64,000 bases of DNA from Callorhinchus milii (Eukaryota), in the NCBI RefSeq assembly GCF_018977255.1, contig NW_024704743.1:22260001-22324000 (forward strand). Direction: 5' to 3'. Below the pieces are notes generated by a model, which saw nothing but the letters and a program-made list of their open reading frames with translations, had not been told where the DNA came from and made no database searches. This document shows, piece by piece, positions 60,721 through 64,000 of this stretch; position 1 is the stretch's first letter; every line of letters starts with the position of its first letter. Both the position numbers and the translations under genes were made by a program.

Positions 60721-62206
60721 AGTACTGGAGCTGAAGCAACAAAAAATGGCACCAACTCTGCCCAACACACACACACACACCAGCTGCAACTCATCTCCTG
60801 ATAACTTGATTCAAACTCTCCTCTCACACGGATCTATCACATACGCAGTGATGGAAGTGTGTCCAAGCCAAACTGTAGGAATGCCAATCCAACTACTTCT
60901 ACTTTCAGAGCAGATTTTCCACAGGTTGGCTTCCAGAAGGAAGGAGTTCCCTCTGGATTAATAATAATAATAATAAAAAAACTCTGCGTTTGATCCTTTA
61001 TAAGGAATCCCATTGAAGATTGTTGCACACTGGCCCCCTTCCGCCTTCCTATACACCTTCCCGCTCACTGCTGAAGGCTGCGGCAGTAACGACAATGTTT
61101 CCCAGGTATGTTTCATTTAATCCCAGGTTCAGAATCAAGCCAGCGGGATTAATGAAACAAGTACAACAAATCCAGGACAGTGCAAAGAGAAATGAAAGCA
61201 ACAGAGGCAATGTAGGTCATCCATCAGAAAGGCTGCCTGTGTAAAACAACTGACAACTGTTAGTTTCTCTGTACATGTGAGACATTGGAAATCAGCTGCA
61301 GGCTACAACCATTATGCCAATTCTGGATACACATCAGACTCCAGGAGTTATCAAACACAATTTTATTTGTCGTATTAGAAACTCCCGAAATACGTCAATG
61401 AAGAGTTCAGAAACTACTGCCTTATCACGGAGCAGCCTTTACTCTAGAACCTGGCACCTGCAAAAAGCCTATTTGAGAGGCCGGCTGACATAGATAATTA
61501 AAATTAACAGTGATTTGCTGATAAGATTGTTCACAGAGCGATTCTAAATACGTTAACGTAATGAATGGTAACTGCAAATGAGATTTGATTAAGAAAACAA
61601 CATACTGTAACGAACCTTGCATTTGATACAGTGTGTTGCGTTGTAACATGGAATCAGCTCAAAACGCCTGACTGATTCACAGTCAATTGTCGTGACTATG
61701 CATTTTTTAACATGGCAGTCAAATTTCACAGGACGAACAACTATGGATTGAATAGCCAATTTTTACATGTGGGTTTGTTGGCCAGGAAACCGTGAGAGAA
61801 TAGACCCCCTTCTCGTGTATAATTGTGCCATGAGAATTCTAACATCCACCTGAACAGGCAGACAGGACCTTGTGACAACTTTGCCTGAGGCCTTTTTCAC
61901 AATTTTCCTATTGTAAATTTGGCAAGCGGATGCACAAAGAAAGACGTGTGCACAAGTGTCTTGACGTGCAGAATATCACTGGGTCAACTTGCTACAGATC
62001 TCTTGACCTGTTCACTGTAGAGCCAGATCTCCTATACACAGAGGTAACAAGAGATCCAACTCAGTCAAGTGTGAGAGGATCCAGAGTTGGGAAACACAGC
62101 CACTAAACATCAGACTTCTGATTTTCAGGGTATATTTTTAGCTTTCTTTTAATAGCAACTTTAAGAGGGTTTATAAATAAGGGTTTGGGGGGCTTTCATT
62201 AGGGTA

Positions 62207-62334
62207 CTGCCGCGTTCGCCCACAAATATACAGTCAATTCACTTTACAATGTCTTCTGTGAAGCGCTTTGGGACGTCCTCTTGACGTGAAAAGCGCTATA
62301 TCAAATGCAAGGATTATTATTATTATTATTATTA
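62207..62334 (+). mobile_element. Young SINE 3' fragment
   Basis: ctgccgcgttcgcccacaaat...atatcaaatgcaaggattatt. Confidence 0.85.
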
Positions 62335-62692
62335 CTGAGAGGAGGGGAGGAAGAGGTGGAGTGCAAAGAATGCACTGTCGACACCAGGACGCTGCTGAGA
62401 GTGAGAGAGAAAATCTCATTTTGGAGTTAAGTCAGAACAGGTGTTTTGTGCGTTTTTCTAGTATTTATTTATTGCATTAAACACAAATTAATTTTTTTTT
62501 GTAAATGGGGTGTTTTATCGGGGTGGGGGGGGCGGGGGCGGAGAGGGGTGTTCAGTTAAAATAAAAAAAATCAGAAACCTTAATTATATGCCATCAATTA
62601 CCCTTGGAGGCAGTGGTATAAAAGCAGTATTACACAGCACAACAGTTTATTCCTTTGACAGGCATTCATCAGACAGGTATGTATGTACTTAC

Positions 62693-62821
62693 AATGAAGC
62701 CAAGTTTCTTGTAATCCCTGGTGTACATGGACTTTCGCTTCTCAATACTTCCACTGTTACTGGGCTCCGACTCCACATCAAATGCAATCCTGCGCAGTTC
62801 AAATATGATATCCCTTTGAGC
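62693..62821 (-). CDS. ELMO1: ELMO1 internal coding exon, [43 protein letters not shown] (phase 0/0)
   Basis: Acceptor ...ttccttttccag|GCT and donor ATT|gtaagt; 129 nt. The peptide matches recalled ELMO1 ([15 protein letters not shown]) rather than ELMO2 (RKAMYTKDYKMLGFT). Confidence 0.96.
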
Positions 62822-63469
62822 CTGGAAAAGGAAGAAGGAATCTTTCCGGTTGAACAAAACAGACCATGTGTGATGGACATTCAATTATGTATGGAATCAT
62901 CAGAAAAGCAACAGGGCTTTCATTCCTGGCAGGTTTACAAACGTCTTTTGACATTCCTCTATGAATATTCAGCTGCGTGAAACCAGAAACAGCCCTTGGT
63001 TCCCAACTTCCTTCAACTTTCCATCTGCAATTTAGGAGCTTAGAATAAACCTAAGACACTCACACATTTATTGGTGGATGTTATGCTTACAATCCCAAGT
63101 GAACTCAGTGCAATACAACTCTCCCCCCTTATTTCTGGCACCCTGTGTCTGCATTAAGTATTCCCAAATCAGGTCATTCAAAAAAGACTGAAAAATCTAG
63201 ACCATTCAATTTAACAGCTGCTGCAGGGGAAATGCTTTTGAAAGCATTATACAGGTGCCATCACAGGTCCTCTAAAGAGCACAGGGACAAGAAGAATTAA
63301 TCACCACAAATTTAGAAGCTGTAGGTCATGTCTCTCACCTCACTAGGATTTAAAGACAAGGCTTCATAAACCAATATCATTTGCTTGGATTTTTAGCTGC
63401 TGTTTGAAGAAGTTCCATATGTGAAACTTTCAAAGGTTAAAACAAGTCTACTACAAATAAATCTCTGCA

Positions 63470-63765
63470 TTTTTCATCAAAAACATGTCTCAAAGTGCTT
63501 CACAGAATGAACTGTAAAACTTAGTATTTTGTGTGTATTCGTATGTATTTTATGTGTGTATATATATTTATACGTATTAACTGTATTTTGTAAACAAACC
63601 CAGCCTATTTGCACATCGCAATGTCCCACAAACAGCCATGAGGTGAGTGACCAATTTTATTTGGGGGATTGTTGGCCATGACACCGGGAAAAGCTCCCTT
63701 CTCTTTTTGAATCGTTCCATGGGATCTTCAATGTCCACCTAAACAACCGGACTTTGATTTAACGC
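63470..63765 (-). mobile_element. Older Deu-domain-type SINE fragment
   Basis: Deu core and ccatgggatcttcaatgtccacct body. Confidence 0.7.
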
Positions 63766-63962
63766 GGCTTTCAAATCACTAGAGCTAGTGTAATTTCAGA
63801 TGGTTGGATTGAAAACTGGGGGCTCAGCAACGGGAAGCAGGTAATTATGATGATAAGTAGAAAAGATTCTGTCAGGGGAGGGAGGAGAATAGAGTTGCCA
63901 AAGAAGATAGCCCTGCTCTTCACATCATGTGTGAGTTGAAGAACAACAATTTACAACAATAC

Positions 63963-64000
63963 GTGGAGTCCTGTAGCTCAGTGGTTAGAGCACTCGCTTT
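63963..64000 (+). mobile_element. Young SINE tRNA-like head, cut off by the window end
   Basis: gtggagtcctgtagctcagtggttagagcactcgcttt is identical to the head at 32003. Confidence 0.85.

Larger units (their letters stand above)
1..64000 (-). other. ELMO1: ELMO1 transcription unit (partial); the whole window is intragenic, with both gene ends outside it
   Basis: Four in-order, phase-compatible minus-strand exons. The next expected exon (VMQVV...) was not found in 1-28876, and upstream exons are absent from 62822-64000. Confidence 0.88.

Noticed and set aside
28877..62821. Assignment to ELMO2 or ELMO3
   Set aside because: Diagnostic residues ([49 protein letters not shown]) follow recalled ELMO1.
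62510..62980. 156 aa plus-strand ORF overlapping an ELMO1 exon
   Set aside because: It is an antisense shadow of the exon with no recognisable homology.

Overview
Vertebrate genomic DNA, most likely a cartilaginous fish. The repeat landscape suggests a chimaera such as Callorhinchus milii, but that is inference. The window lies inside a minus-strand ELMO1 gene. Four consecutive coding exons are recognisable: 62693-62821 (129 nt), 55539-55643 (105 nt), 44109-44217 (109 nt) and 28877-29013 (137 nt). They splice in frame and match the ELMO-domain region of ELMO1 better than ELMO2. The last exon uses a non-canonical GC donor into an intron of more than 28.8 kb that runs off the window. The rest is intron, containing two tRNA-headed Deu-domain-type SINE families, L2 and CR1 LINE fragments, Penelope-like remnants with decayed hammerhead cores, an unclassified ~550 bp dispersed repeat, a 1.65 kb purine-rich minisatellite and a 25-N gap. 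I see no convincing new multi-gene system. The best leads are a candidate alternative 90-codon first coding exon that would splice in frame into ELMO1, other candidate internal or poison exons, RFX X-boxes, a near-perfect intronic hairpin, two templated-insertion scars, and a SINE whose tail was overwritten by its partner L2. Family assignments and human comparisons are from recall, not database searches. Repeat boundaries are approximate.
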